64,000 bases of DNA from the human T2T-CHM13v2.0 reference genome, Homo sapiens. Within the stretch, counting starts at the first letter, position 1; every line of letters begins with the position of its first letter. The DNA is taken from NCBI RefSeq assembly GCF_009914755.1, contig NC_060933.1; one strand, given 5' to 3'. The translations under genes were made by a program, and so were the position numbers. Shown one piece after another: positions 40,778-60,127 of this stretch. The notes under the pieces were generated by a model. The model ran no database searches, was not told the DNA's origin, and saw nothing but the letters and a program-made list of their open reading frames with translations.

Positions 40778-40928
40778 TGTTTGTTTGTTTGTTTGTTTCG
40801 AGACTAAGTCTGGCTCTGTCACCCAGGCTGGAGTGCAGTGATCTTGGCTCACTGCAACCTCCACCTCCCAGGCGCAGGCCACCCTCCCACCTCAGCCTGG
40901 GACCACAGGCATGTGCCACCATGCTTGG
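40778..40928 (-). mobile_element. Partial Alu (right arm)
   Basis: reverse Alu right arm with (TTTG)n tail. Confidence 0.8.
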
Positions 40929-41199
40929 TAAACATCTTTCAACTTTAGATTCACACTCAGTGGGGCATAATGACCACACCGTGAGATCCACATGGAAACT
41001 GAGACCTACTGAGAAAACATTTAACTCTTTCATTGCATGCTCACTCCAAGGCATGCACTTATTCAGAAAAAGGGAAGGGAGATTGATATCTAAATTATTT
41101 CTTTATTGCTTTTTCTGACTTTGTACATTTAGTTGAAATAATGCGAGTTAAAAGCATGTGTGATGTAACACAACTGAATTAAAGTGATGATGAAGGTGC

Positions 41200-41632
41200 T
41201 GTTGAGAACTGAGATTTTACTCTACTTGCAAGCTAACAAGCCAGCCTGCCAGTTTCATGGATACAGGCAGAAGATGTGAGACTTCTGAGTCAAAGACAGA
41301 GGTCTGTATTATTCACAGCACAGCAAGCAGCATGAGCATCAGCATATGTGCATCAGTTCTCTTTGTGCCAAAGACCCATGGGCAGTGATATGAAGGGGTA
41401 CCAGCACACACAGTGGATTGTATTACAGAAGAACCCTGAGCTTAGGGAAATCACATATTTTATAATGGGAAGTAATTATATCTATTTTTGCTGTAGAGGG
41501 AAACACTATCTCTATCCTCCAAGCCTGCCCTACAAACATCCTTGAAAAGACAGTCTAGGACAAAGGGCAGTCAGTGCCTATGCTCACAAAATGTACAGAA
41601 ACATGAGACCCATGGAAGGTCATCTCCCAACA
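41200..41632 (-). mobile_element. Solo LTR (LTR40-like, ERVL)
   Basis: TG...CA ends; ggtgc/ggggc flanks; similarity to the recalled LTR40 consensus. Confidence 0.65.
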
Positions 41633-41768
41633 GGGGCAGGATTTTTTGTATTGTAGAATATAGTACTGTATTTGGTGGAGGGAGTTAATGAGTAAATGGT
41701 ATGCTATGGAGGAAAGTATATGGTTTTGAGACTCAAACTGACTTCAGTTTCATTTCCTGTGACCTTAG

Positions 41769-42139
<371 letters not shown>

Positions 42140-42389
42140 TAAAATCAGATAATAGATTTTCCCCTCACCCATACACACACGGAATTGTTGTTCAGATTAA
42201 CTGGGAAAGTGTAACTGAAAGTATGTGGTACAGTATCTAGAATATTCCACGCATTCAACAAATGCCTGGTCCTTCTCTTCTCTCCTACCTTTATTCACTG
42301 ATTCCCTCATCCATGTGAATCAGGCACACACTTAGGTTCCTGCCAGAGCCCTGAACCCCTTCCCCAGTTGGAAAGCACTTCTTGAGTAC

Positions 42390-42842
42390 CTGCTTAGAAT
42401 ACATGGGTTCAGATGCTGCAAACAAGAGACTAAAGAATGATAGTGGCTTTCACAAGATAGAAATGTATTCTTCCCGCACATGGAAGTCTGGGTAAGTAGT
42501 ACAGAGGTGATATAGCAGCTTGAAGGCAGCAAGATGTAAGTTCCTCCTTGGTTATGGCACTGCCACCCCCAAATCATGCTTCTATATCATGGCTCAAAAT
42601 ACTTACTCCAGCTAACACCAGGAGAGGGGAGAAAAAGAAGTAGATAGCACATGCCTTCCTGTTAAGTGTATGACCCAGAAGTTGTACCTATTGCTTTTGC
42701 TGACATCCCATTGGTAGGTCACATGGTCACACCTAGCTGAAAGGGATGCAGAGAAATTTAGTCTTTGTTCTGGGGAGGATTATTACTAATGAGGGAAGAA
42801 AAGAATGGATACTGAGAAACAACCAGCTATTTTTGCCATACC
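42390..42842 (-). mobile_element. Old MLT1 (MaLR) LTR
   Basis: MLT1 phrases (agtggctttcacaagatagaaatgtattc; gtcacatggtcacacctagctg). Confidence 0.6.
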
Positions 42843-44104
42843 ATCCTTCATTGCCTAAAAGGGGGGCAGGTGTTAGAGCACCTTGAAGGTCCAGGGAGGC
42901 TGATGTTAAACCCTGAGGCCACCAAGGTGAGGACAGGGACCATCAGTGGACCATGAAATCTTTCCCACCAGTGCAGTTCCCTTAGGATGCCCATTTGGGG
43001 CTCTATGCAGGACTCTGAATAAATAGCATTCCTTTGCCTCGTCTGACTTCTGAACAAGTTGAGATATCAACAAAAAGATGCAGAGGAAGGCCAGAATATT
43101 TTCTTTATTAGTGATATTGCCAGGTTGGAGAAGAAACTTTTAGGGTTGGTAGCTGAAGGGTGCCACTAATAGTGAACCCCAGAAGTGGGCTGCAAAGACT
43201 AGGGCAGGCCTCCTGCTGAAGGGAGCAGGGCTGAGGAGCAGCTCCCTCCCTATCAGAAGAAGTGCTGAGTTGGGCATGACCAGGTATTCTCAAATGTACA
43301 ATCCTTCATCCTTCCAGGAATGGATAAAGCACGGAGAGGAACCAAGAATGTGCTCAGAAAAAAATCCTTCCTCACTGAAACCAGGACTAAGGAAAGGAGA
43401 TTCCCTTCTACCATCCATGGTGAGCAAAGAGTGGGGCTTGGAATTAGCAGCGGGGGGTGGGGAGGGGGGAAGAAATACCAGTGGAAGCAAGCATAATAGT
43501 GCCTACAAATACATGAGGGACCCAAACTGACAAGTCAGAAATCATCCAACACTGTAATTGGATTTCAGTCCCAGCCTTGCTTCTTAGTAGCTGTGTGGCT
43601 TTGGAAAGTTCCTTAAGGTCTCTAATTCTTCATTTCCTTGTCTCAAAAATCAGGAAACAGCAGCATTTAATACCTATGTGAATTATTAAGAGAAAATGAA
43701 GCAGAGCATGAGAAGCTCTTAGCATAGTGCCTGGTAGGGAATAAACACTCAGGAAACAGAAGCTGCTAGAATTATTTCCAAGAGCCAATACATAGCTCCT
43801 GAAAGCAGTTTCCCCAAGTAAGTTAGGAAAGAAGAAAACCTTTATCTGCTATCATAGAATTCAACAGAAATCAGAAAGTTTTCTTTAGAGTAATACAAAT
43901 AATTGGAGAGAAGAGATGAAGAATGAGAAACAGGCCTCTCTGCATAGTATCTGGAACAATTTGGGCTAGGCCTTCACTTTCTCATATTCTTTGTGCCATG
44001 AACACACATACACGCACGCATACATGCACAATAGACCAGTCAAGATTCATCTAGAGGTGATATAATAAATCCCTACTCTCAGGAAAGGATATTGCCTTTA
44101 TAGA

Positions 44105-44519
44105 TATATTAGTTAGGAGAGGCTAGGTTTTACTGTGTAAGAAATGACTCCAAAATCTCAGCGGATTTAAACCTTATCACAAAGGTGTGCTTCTTGCCCA
44201 CTCTCTATGTCCATAATGTGTCAACTACTTCCCTGTTCCACACCATCTTCACTTTAGGACTCAGGCTGACGGAGCACGCTGCCTGTCTGTGTCTCTCCGT
44301 TTCTCTCTCTGGAACGTTGTCAGATGTCACGGCGGAGGGAAAAGAGACCTGGTGAGTGACGTGCTAAGTCTTCAAGCTTCTGCTCCAAAGTAGCACACAT
44401 CACTTATGCTCAAATTTTCTTAGCCAGAGCAAGTCTTATAGCCTCATATTGATAGAGTTGGGGTGCATAATTCTCCTTTGGGGAGGTGAATATAGCTGAA
44501 TGTAACCCAGTCTACCACA
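44105..44519 (-). mobile_element. Old MLT1 (MaLR) LTR
   Basis: tattagttagga...ccaaaatctcagcgg...gtctaccaca. Confidence 0.6.
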
Positions 44520-44929
44520 GTGGACTCCCCAAGAGCCAGAGAGACAGCCACTGAGAGCTGCTAATATCTGGCTGATCTGGGGCCTTCTCTTTGCCTCAGT
44601 TTATCCTCTGTGAAATGGAGATACCAGCACCCGTCCTGTGAACCTTACAGAGAAGGGCTAGGAATGCACGTGGGATCACCGACATGCATGTGGTTTGGCA
44701 ACTGTAAACTACCACACTTGCATGAGAGGGTTTCAATACCAGTATGAGTGCATTGGAAGGGATAAGAACACATTATAAAACATTTCACCCCTTCTCTGCC
44801 CACAGGAATGACTTGCCGAATTTTTAGCCCATAACCAGGCACTGTGTAAACCGCTTTACCTCATTCAGTCTTTGCAATTATACCACAAGGTAAGTAATGT
44901 TATTAACTCCACTCACAGATGTGGAAACA

Positions 44930-45375
44930 ACTGAGTGTCCATTGAGGAATGAATGGATGACAAAATGTGATACATGCCACATTTGGGGATATTGTTGATA
45001 ATAATGGGATGTTATTCAGCCTGAAAAAGGAAGGAAATTCTGACACATGCGACAACAAGGATGAACCATTATGCTAAGTGAATTTAGCCCGTCACAAAGA
45101 GACAAATAGTATAGGATTCCACTTATATGAAGTACATAGAATAGTCAAATACAGAGACACAGAAAATTGGAAGGTGGTTCCCCTGGGGGTAGAGGAATGG
45201 GGAGGTATTATTTAATGAGTACAGTTTCAGTTTGGGATGATGAAAAAGTTCTGAAGATGGATAGTGGTGGCGGTTATACAACAATGTGAATGTACTTAGT
45301 GCTATTAAATAGTACACTTAAAAGTGGCTAAAATGGTAAATTTTATATTATCTATATTTTACCACATAAAAAAGC
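44930..45375 (+). mobile_element. L1MB 3' end
   Basis: aaggaaggaaattctgacacatgc...aaaatggtaaattttat...ttttaccaca with A tail. Confidence 0.8.
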
Positions 45376-46606
45376 ATATGACAGCAAAAACAAACAAACA
45401 AACAAAGCTGAAAAAACCCACAAGTCTTAAAATGCCTTGAAACTTTGAGCAATTTGGCTCACACAACAGATCCTTTAGCCACTATGTAAGTAGGTGATGG
45501 CATTTTAGTAGCTGATACTGCTTATAAATACTTCCAGGTGTAAAAGTTGCTATTAATAATTAATTGGGGATCTGGCTGGGATAGGGGTAAGGTGGATAAA
45601 GCACTGAACTGGGAATGAGAGCTTGAGGTTAGGACTTAGCTGAAACCAGCGGTGTGACCTTGGCTGGGTAGCTTCCCCTCTCTGGGCCTCAATTTTCCTA
45701 TCTGGAATGTAGAGAGGTTAGTTGATCTTTTCAGTTCAATTTTATTTTTCAGACCAAAGGACCACAGTCTTGCAGGGCAGTTCAAGTAGATGGGGCTCTA
45801 TCTCCTCTTCCGTTCTCTCCCAATAACCACCTCCCCACCAAAAGAAAAAACCCATAGCAAAAAAATATATTTTTTGAAGGGCTTTATGAATTGGACTTCT
45901 GTTCAAAAACTTTAAAAACAGCTGGATAAGGGAATCTCTGAGGGCTCTGATACTCTGTATTTGCTTACTGGTGAAGCTGTGAGATTAAGGAGAGGCCGCT
46001 GGGTTAACCATGCATTCATTCATCAATGACTAATGATTGAGCTCAAACCTGGGCTCCTGTCTCCTCCTGTCCACTGAAGCCCTTCAGTGACCACCTTCCC
46101 GTTTTTCTGTAGAGTCCCTTATATGGGCCGATGGGGAAGAGACTATGGATGCCTTTTAACTGAGCCCTCATAATGCGATAAAAAAACATAACAAAACAGA
46201 TATCCCAGCAGCTATACAAGCAAGCGTTTTCAGAGCTCACACTGGAAACCAGACTCTCTAATCCTTATCAGTTGTTTCTCCAAGATTTAAATTCCAACTC
46301 TGCAGTTTATTAGCTCTGAGACTTGGGCAAGCATCTTAATCTCTCTGGGCCTCAGTTTCCTCATCTGTAAAATAGGTATGGTGGTCCCTAGTTTATTGGA
46401 TTGTCGTGAAGGTTATAAATGTGTGTAAAATCCCACTTCACCGTAGCCCTCTATCATTTCCCACCCTCTTCTCTCCCTGCCAGGGAGTCAGTGCCCTCCT
46501 GGAGGAGGCTTACAATACAGCCTTCAAGGTTGACTCTGGGCATTGCTTCAGTACAGATTAGAAATTATTTTAGAATCCCCAGAGCATGGTATCTGCGACA
46601 AATTAA

Positions 46607-47019
<413 letters not shown>

Positions 47020-47409
47020 TAAGGAGAAAAGGCAGCGTGAAGGAAGGAGAATTTCTTCCTGCCCATATATTTATTTTGAATTTTACAGGTTTAATGTCTG
47101 CCTTTCCTCACCCTGAGCTGAGTGGGAAAGGTACCATTTCTGGTGGGTTCACTGCTCGATACCCGGCCTAAGTATCTACAAGTTATAAAATCAGAAACAA
47201 AATATAATTAGTCTCATCAATAAATAAACCCAGGGCAGCTGGGCTTCACGGAGGAGTGACAAATGGCTCCAAGCAGTCTACATTTTAGGACAATAGCTGG
47301 GGTCACTGGCTTCCAAAAACTATGGGGAAAACCACTTCCGGCTTCCTGTATCCCTTCGTCTATTCTGGTATCAAAACGACAAATCCAGAGGAGCCGAATC
47401 AGGCGTGCT

Positions 47410-47423
47410 CCACCAGAGGGCGC
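47410..47423 (+). promoter_or_regulatory. CTCF consensus site
   Basis: CCACCAGAGGGCGC in non-repetitive DNA; ETS ACTTCCGG at 47334-47341. Confidence 0.65.
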
Positions 47424-48179
47424 AGCAGGCCCATGCCAGGCCCTCTTGACTGCCAGAACTCCCAGCCTGTGGCTACTGCTCCCATTTGTGTTGCTCAGGC
47501 ACACCTGGTTTGGCAGCATTGTTTCCTCAGTCTCTTTGTTAGTTCCTCTGTTTTTCCAAGCCAGAAGAAAGTGAAGAAGTTTGCAGTCAGGTGGGCTTGG
47601 ATTAAAATCCTGACTCCGCCGTCAGCTGAGATCTTGGCAAATTAGCATTGTGAGCTGTTGTATTAATATTAATTGGTGACTTCTTCCCAAGGCTGGGGAA
47701 TCACAAAATCATAGACTCTTGGCACAAGAAGGGGCCTTTGAGATCAGCCCTTAGAGCCCCCACATGTCATGGATGGGGACACTGAGGCTCAGGCTAGACC
47801 AGAGCCCAAGTCTCTCAGCACATGGGCTGGGGTCCTCTCAGCTACACCCAGCTGCCTTCTTTCCAAAATCCATAAAACGATAAAGAGCATTCATCAATGA
47901 ATGAATGAATGAAAAGATTAAAAGCCCTTTCAACCGACGAGCTCGTACCTTCTTTTAGAGCAAGGACTTTAGATCCAGACAAAAGCACAGACTGCTGTAT
48001 CCCTCATCCAGCTTCAGCAATTACTTGACCTGTTCAGTCTCAGTCTCCTTATCTGAATGGTGCAGGGCATACTATGGGGATCATAAAAGCACCTACCTCA
48101 CAGGGTTTCGTGAAGATTCAACGAGTGCATGCCTAAAATGCCAGCTCAGGCACCTAGAAGGCATTGAGAAAATGCTAGT

Positions 48180-48358
48180 TCTTTTTTTCTCCCTTCTCTC
48201 CTCCTCCTTTCTTTCCTTCCTTCCTTCCTTCCTTCCTCTTCTTCTTTCTTCCTTCTTTCTCCTTCCTTCTCTCTCTTTCCTTCTTTTTCTCTCTTTCTCT
48301 CCTCCTCCTTCTTCCTCTTCCTCTTCTTCTTCCTCTTCTTCCTTTTCTTCTTCTTCCA
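48180..48358. repeat. Polypyrimidine low-complexity tract (TTCC / TTC / TCC)
   Basis: ~180 nt of C/T only. Confidence 0.95.
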
Positions 48359-48919
48359 TAAGCCAGAAACCAAAGGGTAGATGTTAGTTCTACATTTTAA
48401 AATCTAGGTTCCATAATCTTTCTGAGTCTCAGTGTTCTTGTCTATAAAGTGGAGAATTTTCAAAGCATTGTGGGAGGATTACATGGCACAACATATATAA
48501 TAAAACCCACAAAACAAGGCCTGGTTCATGGTAGTGTACAAAATATATTAATAATAAATACTAGTTTATCCTCTTTCATGAAGTAAGGAATGACTGTTTC
48601 TAAGAACAAAGAGGGATAAGCCTGCATTCCTACCAATTCCAAAGACTTAGCAGATAGCATTCCCAGGAACACATCATTTCTCCTGAGTTATCCTATGTCA
48701 TATTCCTACGGAGCTCTTGTCCAAGGTCTCACGAGCTAACCCAGTTTGAGACCCCAGGAGCTACTGCATTAGTTAAGTTCTTATCTTTTCTCTTCTGGAC
48801 CTCTGTTGTAGCATCTATGCCTTAGATGGATGAGCGATGCCATCTGGCTGGAGATGTACCTCCTGGAAGTACCTTACTGGGCTGCAGCCACTGGTTAGGT
48901 CGGAATATAGGCTCCTTGT

Positions 48920-49400
48920 TGTATGAGCTTCCTAGGGCTGCTATAATAAAAGTACCATGAACTGGGTGGCTTGCAATAACAAAAATGTGTTCTCTCACAG
49001 TTCTGGAGGCTGGAAGTCCAAAATCAAGGTGTCAGCACAGCTGTGCTCCCTCTGAGACTGAGTAAATCCTTCCTTGCCCTTGCCCAACTTCTGGTGGTAG
49101 CCGGCAATCCTTGTTGTTCTTGGATTCTGGCTGCATCACTCCAGGCTGTACCTGTCATTGTCATATGGCTGTCTTCTCCCTGTGTTTGTATCTCTTCTCC
49201 TCTTCTTCTAAGGGCACCAGTCATATTGAATTAAGGACCCCCCCCCCACACTCATATATGACCCATCTTAATTTCCATCTAAGTTGCATTTGCAAAGACC
49301 TCATTTCCAAAAAAGATCAGATTCAAAGGTACCAGGGGTTAGAATTTCAACATATCATTTTTTTTTCTTTTTGTGGGGCGACACAATTCAACCCGTAACA
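48920..49400 (-). mobile_element. MLT1C-like LTR
   Basis: tgtatgagcttcctagggctgctataa...ctcacagttctggaggctggaagtcc...caattcaacccgtaaca. Confidence 0.8.
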
Positions 49401-49432
49401 TTGGTTAAAAGATCTCTAAAACACCTGAAAAT

Positions 49433-49753
<321 letters not shown>

Positions 49754-50018
49754 TTACTAATATTTATAATGTACATGTAAATCAACCAATAGAATTAACA
49801 TGGTTATGTTAATTTATTGGAAAATTAATTATAATGTTTATGATTAGAAATTATATTACAAGCCATATATTTCAAGTATCATATAAATTATAATTATACC
49901 TATAATTGTTTGTAATTTATTAACTGTTAGAATAGTTAATTAATTTTGAAAAAAATAGCTGGGTGAGTGAAACAAAACATTTCTGTGGACTGAAAGGCTC
50001 TTAGGCCATCACTTTTCT

Positions 50019-50268
50019 TATTTATTTATTTATTTATTATTTTTTTCAGCTCACTGTAGCCTCTGCCTCCCGGGTTCTAACGATTCTCCTGCTTAAGCCT
50101 CCCAAGTAGCTGGGCTTGCCAGCAGGCCTGGCTAATTTTTGTATTTTTAGTAGAGACGGGTTTTTGCCATGTTGGCCAGACTGGTCTCAAACTCCTGACT
50201 TCAGGTGATCCACCTGCCTCAGCCTCCCAAAGTTCTGGAATTACAGACGTGAGCCACTGCACCCGGCC
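50019..50268 (-). mobile_element. Alu with internal deletions
   Basis: reverse Alu; TSD catcactttt. Confidence 0.85.
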
Positions 50269-50785
50269 CATCACTTTTCAACTCCTGCCTCATGGACCAT
50301 CAGAGTGATCATTCTACAAAGCAAATCCAACTATGTCACTCCCATGCTTAGTAACCCTCCATGATGGCCAACAGCTATCAAGAACAGCTGACAAATGAAA
50401 CTGCCAACAACTACCTCCAGCTACGTCTCCACCACTTCCTGAAGCCTGTACTCAGGGAAAACATTGCTGCTTTAATCTGACACAGGACAGACATTCACTG
50501 GCCAAGACTTTGCTTGCTATATTTCCCCCAGAAACAGTCCCTAACTCTCCTACCTGCCTGCTTTTCTCTGTTTCTTATCCTTCATGGCCCAGCTCAAAAG
50601 CCACTTCCTCTGTGATGCCTGCCAGGCCTTGTAATATCCTCCTACCCCCAGGTTCCGTAGTACCTTGCTTCTGTATTTTGCAGGACTTCTCCCTGTTTTC
50701 TTGGTATTATAGTGAGATTATTCTATTACCCACTTCTCCCACTAGGCTAGGAGTTCCTGGAAGACAGGAATTTTACCTTGGTCAT

Positions 50786-51757
<972 letters not shown>

Positions 51758-51818
51758 CCATTTCTTTAAATTTTTTAAATTTAATTAAATTTTTAAATAT
51801 TTCAAATAATATAGAAAT

Positions 51819-51819
<1 letters not shown>

Positions 51820-51858
<39 letters not shown>
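51820..51858. repeat. (TAT)13 microsatellite
   Basis: direct reading. Confidence 0.97.
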
Positions 51859-51859
<1 letters not shown>

Positions 51860-52214
51860 ACCTCAAACAAAACAAGCCCTCCTTTCTCTGCTCTTTTCTA
51901 CCCAACCGTTAATACTGCTACCAGGTCTGTTTCAAGCTTTTGCGTATATAAGGGTACATACATAAAGATATAACTTTGGTGTGTGTTTTCTCTTTTACAT
52001 AAGTACGATCAAATTGTCCATATTGTTTTGCATATCCTGATCTTATTCATTCCTTTTATGTATGTGTCCAGTCTACCTCATGCCCTGACTCACAGTTTAG
52101 CTATGACTAAGCATGTTCAGAACATTTGTTGAGCTCTTAAGAAGGGTGGTCATGGAGTATAGGTCTGCTATGAATTGTCTGGCAGTCATTTAATATTGTA
52201 TTATATTTTAGGTC

Positions 52215-52933
<719 letters not shown>

Positions 52934-53280
52934 AGTTTCATTTTTCTTGTATGTAAAATGGAGGACAATAATATTCATCTCCCAGGGTCCTGAAATGATC
53001 TGGTATTTGGAGGTTACCCTACCAGTTTTGTCCAAGCATCCATCCTGCATGACACCTGAAGTCCAATATCTTTATTCAGTTTCACTTCCTTGATGTTTCT
53101 CAGAGTCCTGAGGATGCTTCCTTGATGGACAGATCCACCTGGTGGGGGCCAACTCCTCTGGCCGGGCAGTTCTGCCAGGGCTCTGTGTCTGCTGCTGCTG
53201 CGCTTGCTGCTTCTCTTTACCCGGTCTCCTGACTCAGTTCCCCAAAACACACCAAATACCAGAAGGTTCAAGTTAGGGGA

Positions 53281-53418
53281 TTTTTTTTTTTTTTTTTTAA
53301 ATAGAGACTAGTCTCACCATGTTGCCCAGGCTGGTCTTGAACTCCTAGGCTCAAGTGATCCTCCTGCCTTGGCTTCCCAAGGTGTGGGATTACAGAGGGG
53401 AGCCACAGCACACCACCA
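53281..53418 (-). mobile_element. FLAM-like Alu monomer
   Basis: T tract plus reverse left monomer. Confidence 0.8.
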
Positions 53419-53455
53419 AGTTAAGGGATTTTTACCAAAGCCTTCCTGATAGCAT

Positions 53456-54375
<920 letters not shown>

Positions 54376-56639
54376 GCATCATTAGTATTCTTACTATTCT
54401 CACCTCTCAGAGATCACAGTAGGTGAAGCTCTTCCCATACTTTCTGTCACTGTGTACCCCAGAAGCCGAGGGGGTAGGTTCTGTTAACACATCCATTTTG
54501 CAGGTGAAGAATCAGAGGCTCAGACAGGTTGAGGAACTTTGCCACGGTCACTCAGCCAATGGGTGGGAGAGCAAGGTCCCGTCCAAAGCATTTTCCAAGG
54601 TTTGGCTAGAATCAGTGGTGGAACCACAGCTAATTTCAGCTGTTTCACACAAACACATTAGGTAACTAAACCACCTAGTGAGATAGTTATTCTATTTTCA
54701 ATTATTTTCCCTTCCTTTTGATTAAATCAAGGAAATTTTCCAGTTGTTTCTAATATGCCAGTAAAAGTTCTCTAATGCAATTCCAATCTCCCTTTCTAAC
54801 AAAGACAGAACAGGCAACCGTATCTAGCCAGAACTTAATCGCGTTGTTTTGTTTTCCTTGTATTTAGTTTTATGGAAATGAAGTTGATTTTCTATTGATG
54901 TAGCAATAGAAATTTTCTTTAAAAATATCAGTTGTTAAAAGTGAATAGATGTACAGAAAAATATTAAGTAAACAATGGTGTGATTCGTTTGTTGAAATGT
55001 CAAAAATTGTGAGATCTGGGGCCTCAGGCTTGGGAACAGTGTACGTAATAAAGAGGAACTTAAGCCTGGATGGCAGACTCCATCTCCTGCTCTCTTCAGC
55101 GCCGAGGGGCCGCCTCTCTCACTCATTCTGGCAGAGACCCCGAGGAGGGGCGCCTCGGCCCAGTCCGAGAAAAGCCAGTTAACATCACAAACTCAACCTT
55201 TCCATGATGCCACTTTATTGTCCGAAACTTCTCCATTTCAAGGGGATTTCCATCTCCCTTTACATAACAAAAGTCCCCTGACCATGTTCTTCCCAAAATA
55301 AAAAAAAGAGCAGCCAGTTTTTCCTTCAGATGCAATTAAATGGCAGCCTGCTTTGCAAGGGCAGTTTATTGAAGGCCTGGTCTTCATTAGGTCTTAAGAG
55401 CAGCCCCAATTCCCAGCCCAGCCCCCAGAAGGAGAGAGGTAAACTCCTCCCTGCTCTAAGTGAAGACTTTCTACAGTGCAGCTTTGATGGTCCCCTCTCC
55501 TGTTCTAGCGTGCCATGTTTCTCTGGGACATGTTTCTCTCCTTGGCTTGGCATTCAAGGCCCTTCACAATCAGCCCAATACGGAGAGGTAAAAGAGCATT
55601 AGGCCAGAACTCTGGACATCAGGGTTCGAGTGCTAGAGTGACCCCAATTTGCTGTGTGCCCTCTGCCGGTTCCCTCCCCTCTTCAGGCCTGTTTTCCCAT
55701 TCATAGAAAGAAGAGATGGGATTAGGTGGGTCTCTTCCAGGGCTGACATTCTCTGGGCCACAGCGAGAGTCTGAGCTAGTTGACCAGCACATAGTCAAAG
55801 AGGCTGAGCTAGCCAGAGCTGAGGCCCAGCTCTCAGGCTTGACCACCTCAACCTGGCCACTAAGATGACTTTGATGCTCTGCCACTTTCAATTGATTTTA
55901 TGCCTAAGTGCGTTATGTCAGAAAAAACAGGTCTGCTGGGAAATAAGCTGGCCTGCCCTGCTTCTTAAGGGGTCTCCTTAGATAAATAACCAAGCCCTAC
56001 AGAGTGAGGAAGCTGCTCACATCTGACCCCTCAACACTCTCTCCTCCCATCCCAAAGGACTGGTTCCAGCAGGAAAGTCTCCTGTTCTGTCTTTTAAAAG
56101 GGAGAATAGGTGGGTTTTTTTTTAAGTTGCTATAAAACAGATGCCCAGTATACAAATGTTTGGATCATATGAAATGTATAAAGAAGAGAGTAACAGGCAA
56201 CTGAAATGTTTTCCACCTACCTCTGCCATGATATCCTTTGTAAACATTTTTGTGTTCATTCTTTCAAGTTTTCTCTAAGAAATAGAAAGACAAACATCTT
56301 TTTAATGAAGATAGGATCATACTAGAAATAGTTATAATTTTTAAAAGGTAAAATCATGACTCTTAAAGAAATATAAAATGAGTGCTTGTCAAAGATTTTA
56401 TTTTACTCGATTATTAATGAAATAATATATTAAAGCCAGTTCAAAGGAGAATCTGATTAACAGACAAGTATATATAGGCAATCAAGAATGCAGAAATAAA
56501 TTTGATAGATGAAAAATTGGTTATTATTTTTAGGGTAATAAAATGCGATGTTTGGAATTGTCTCTGTACATTTATTTATTGTACATTTATGGGACAAAAT
56601 TTGCATTTCCATGGGCAAGGATAATTTGCATTACAATTA

Positions 56640-56653
56640 CCTCTAGGGGGCGT
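56640..56653 (+). promoter_or_regulatory. CTCF-like site
   Basis: CCTCTAGGGGGCGT, 2 mismatches from CCACTAGGGGGCGC. Confidence 0.45.
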
Positions 56654-56678
56654 ATCTGAGTCTCACAGCACCAACGTA

Positions 56679-57380
56679 TGTTAGCAGTGGTGAATCCATA
56701 TGGATCTGCATCAACCTCAATTCCTGCCTCCTCAGGAGAAAGAATTTTTCTGAGGTGTTTAAGGCAGAGTAAGAGACTGAGGCAAATTTTAGAGCAGGAG
56801 TAAAAGTTTATTAAAATTTTCTAGAGCAGGAACCAAAGGAAGTAAAAAGCTACACTTGGAAGAGAGCCAAGTGGGTAACGTGAGAGAGTCCAGTGTGTGG
56901 TTTGACCTTGGACTTGGGGGGGGGTCTTACACATTGGCATGCTGGCAGGGTTGCGTTACTGTTCCCCTGATTCTTCCCTTTGGGTGCGTTGTCTGCATGC
57001 ACAGTGGTCTGCCAGCACTTGAGAGGGGCGCATGTGCAGTGTGTTTACTGAAGTTGTGCACATGCTCACTTGAGGCATTTTTTTCCCTTACCAGTCCGGC
57101 GTTCCTACAGGAGGGACATATAGCCGTTACACTCCGCCATTTTGCCTCTGAGTGCGCATGCTTGAGCCCACTTGCCCAATTCCTGAGATCTTGTCAGGAA
57201 GCTACTAATCACCGGTTTCAGGTGTTTTCTATTGGGAAACTGCCTTTCCCTAGCCCTGGCTTTGACCAATTCTCATTTTAGAGAGATAGTATAATAACCA
57301 CCTGATGATCACCTAACATTCCGAGTGAGAGGGGTCCCTCTCCTGCCCTGCTCATGTCTGACTAACTACCTACTGTAACA
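56679..57380 (-). mobile_element. ERV1 solo LTR (MER50-like)
   Basis: reverse strand begins TGTTACAGTAGGTAGTTAGTCAGACATGAGCAGGGCAGG and ends ...CTAACA; AATAAA on -. Confidence 0.75.
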
Positions 57381-57679
57381 TTACTATTACTTTTCTAGAA
57401 CTCATAGACTTGTGAAATAGCCTAGTCAGAGACAGGGAAAGACCCCTATAGAATCAGGTAACCCCCAAAGGATCTAGACAACACAGAGTATGCCATTAAA
57501 AGGACACCTGATAAACGTTCACAATTTGTCACCAAAGTATATATCATGGTTACAATAGCTAGCTAATATTTGGGGAATGCTTACTCCGGGAGTGTCAGGC
57601 ACTGTTTTAAGTACTTTATATAAGTATTATGTCACTTTTTATAAGTATTATTTTACTTATAACGTACTTTATAAGTATA

Positions 57680-60127
<2,448 letters not shown>

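Noticed and set aside
48025-48387. Poly-E/K/R and poly-S ORFs
   Set aside because: Artefacts of the pyrimidine simple repeat
53135-53148. CCACCTGGTGG palindrome as a CTCF site
   Set aside because: Lacks the GGC(A/G) end of the core in either orientation
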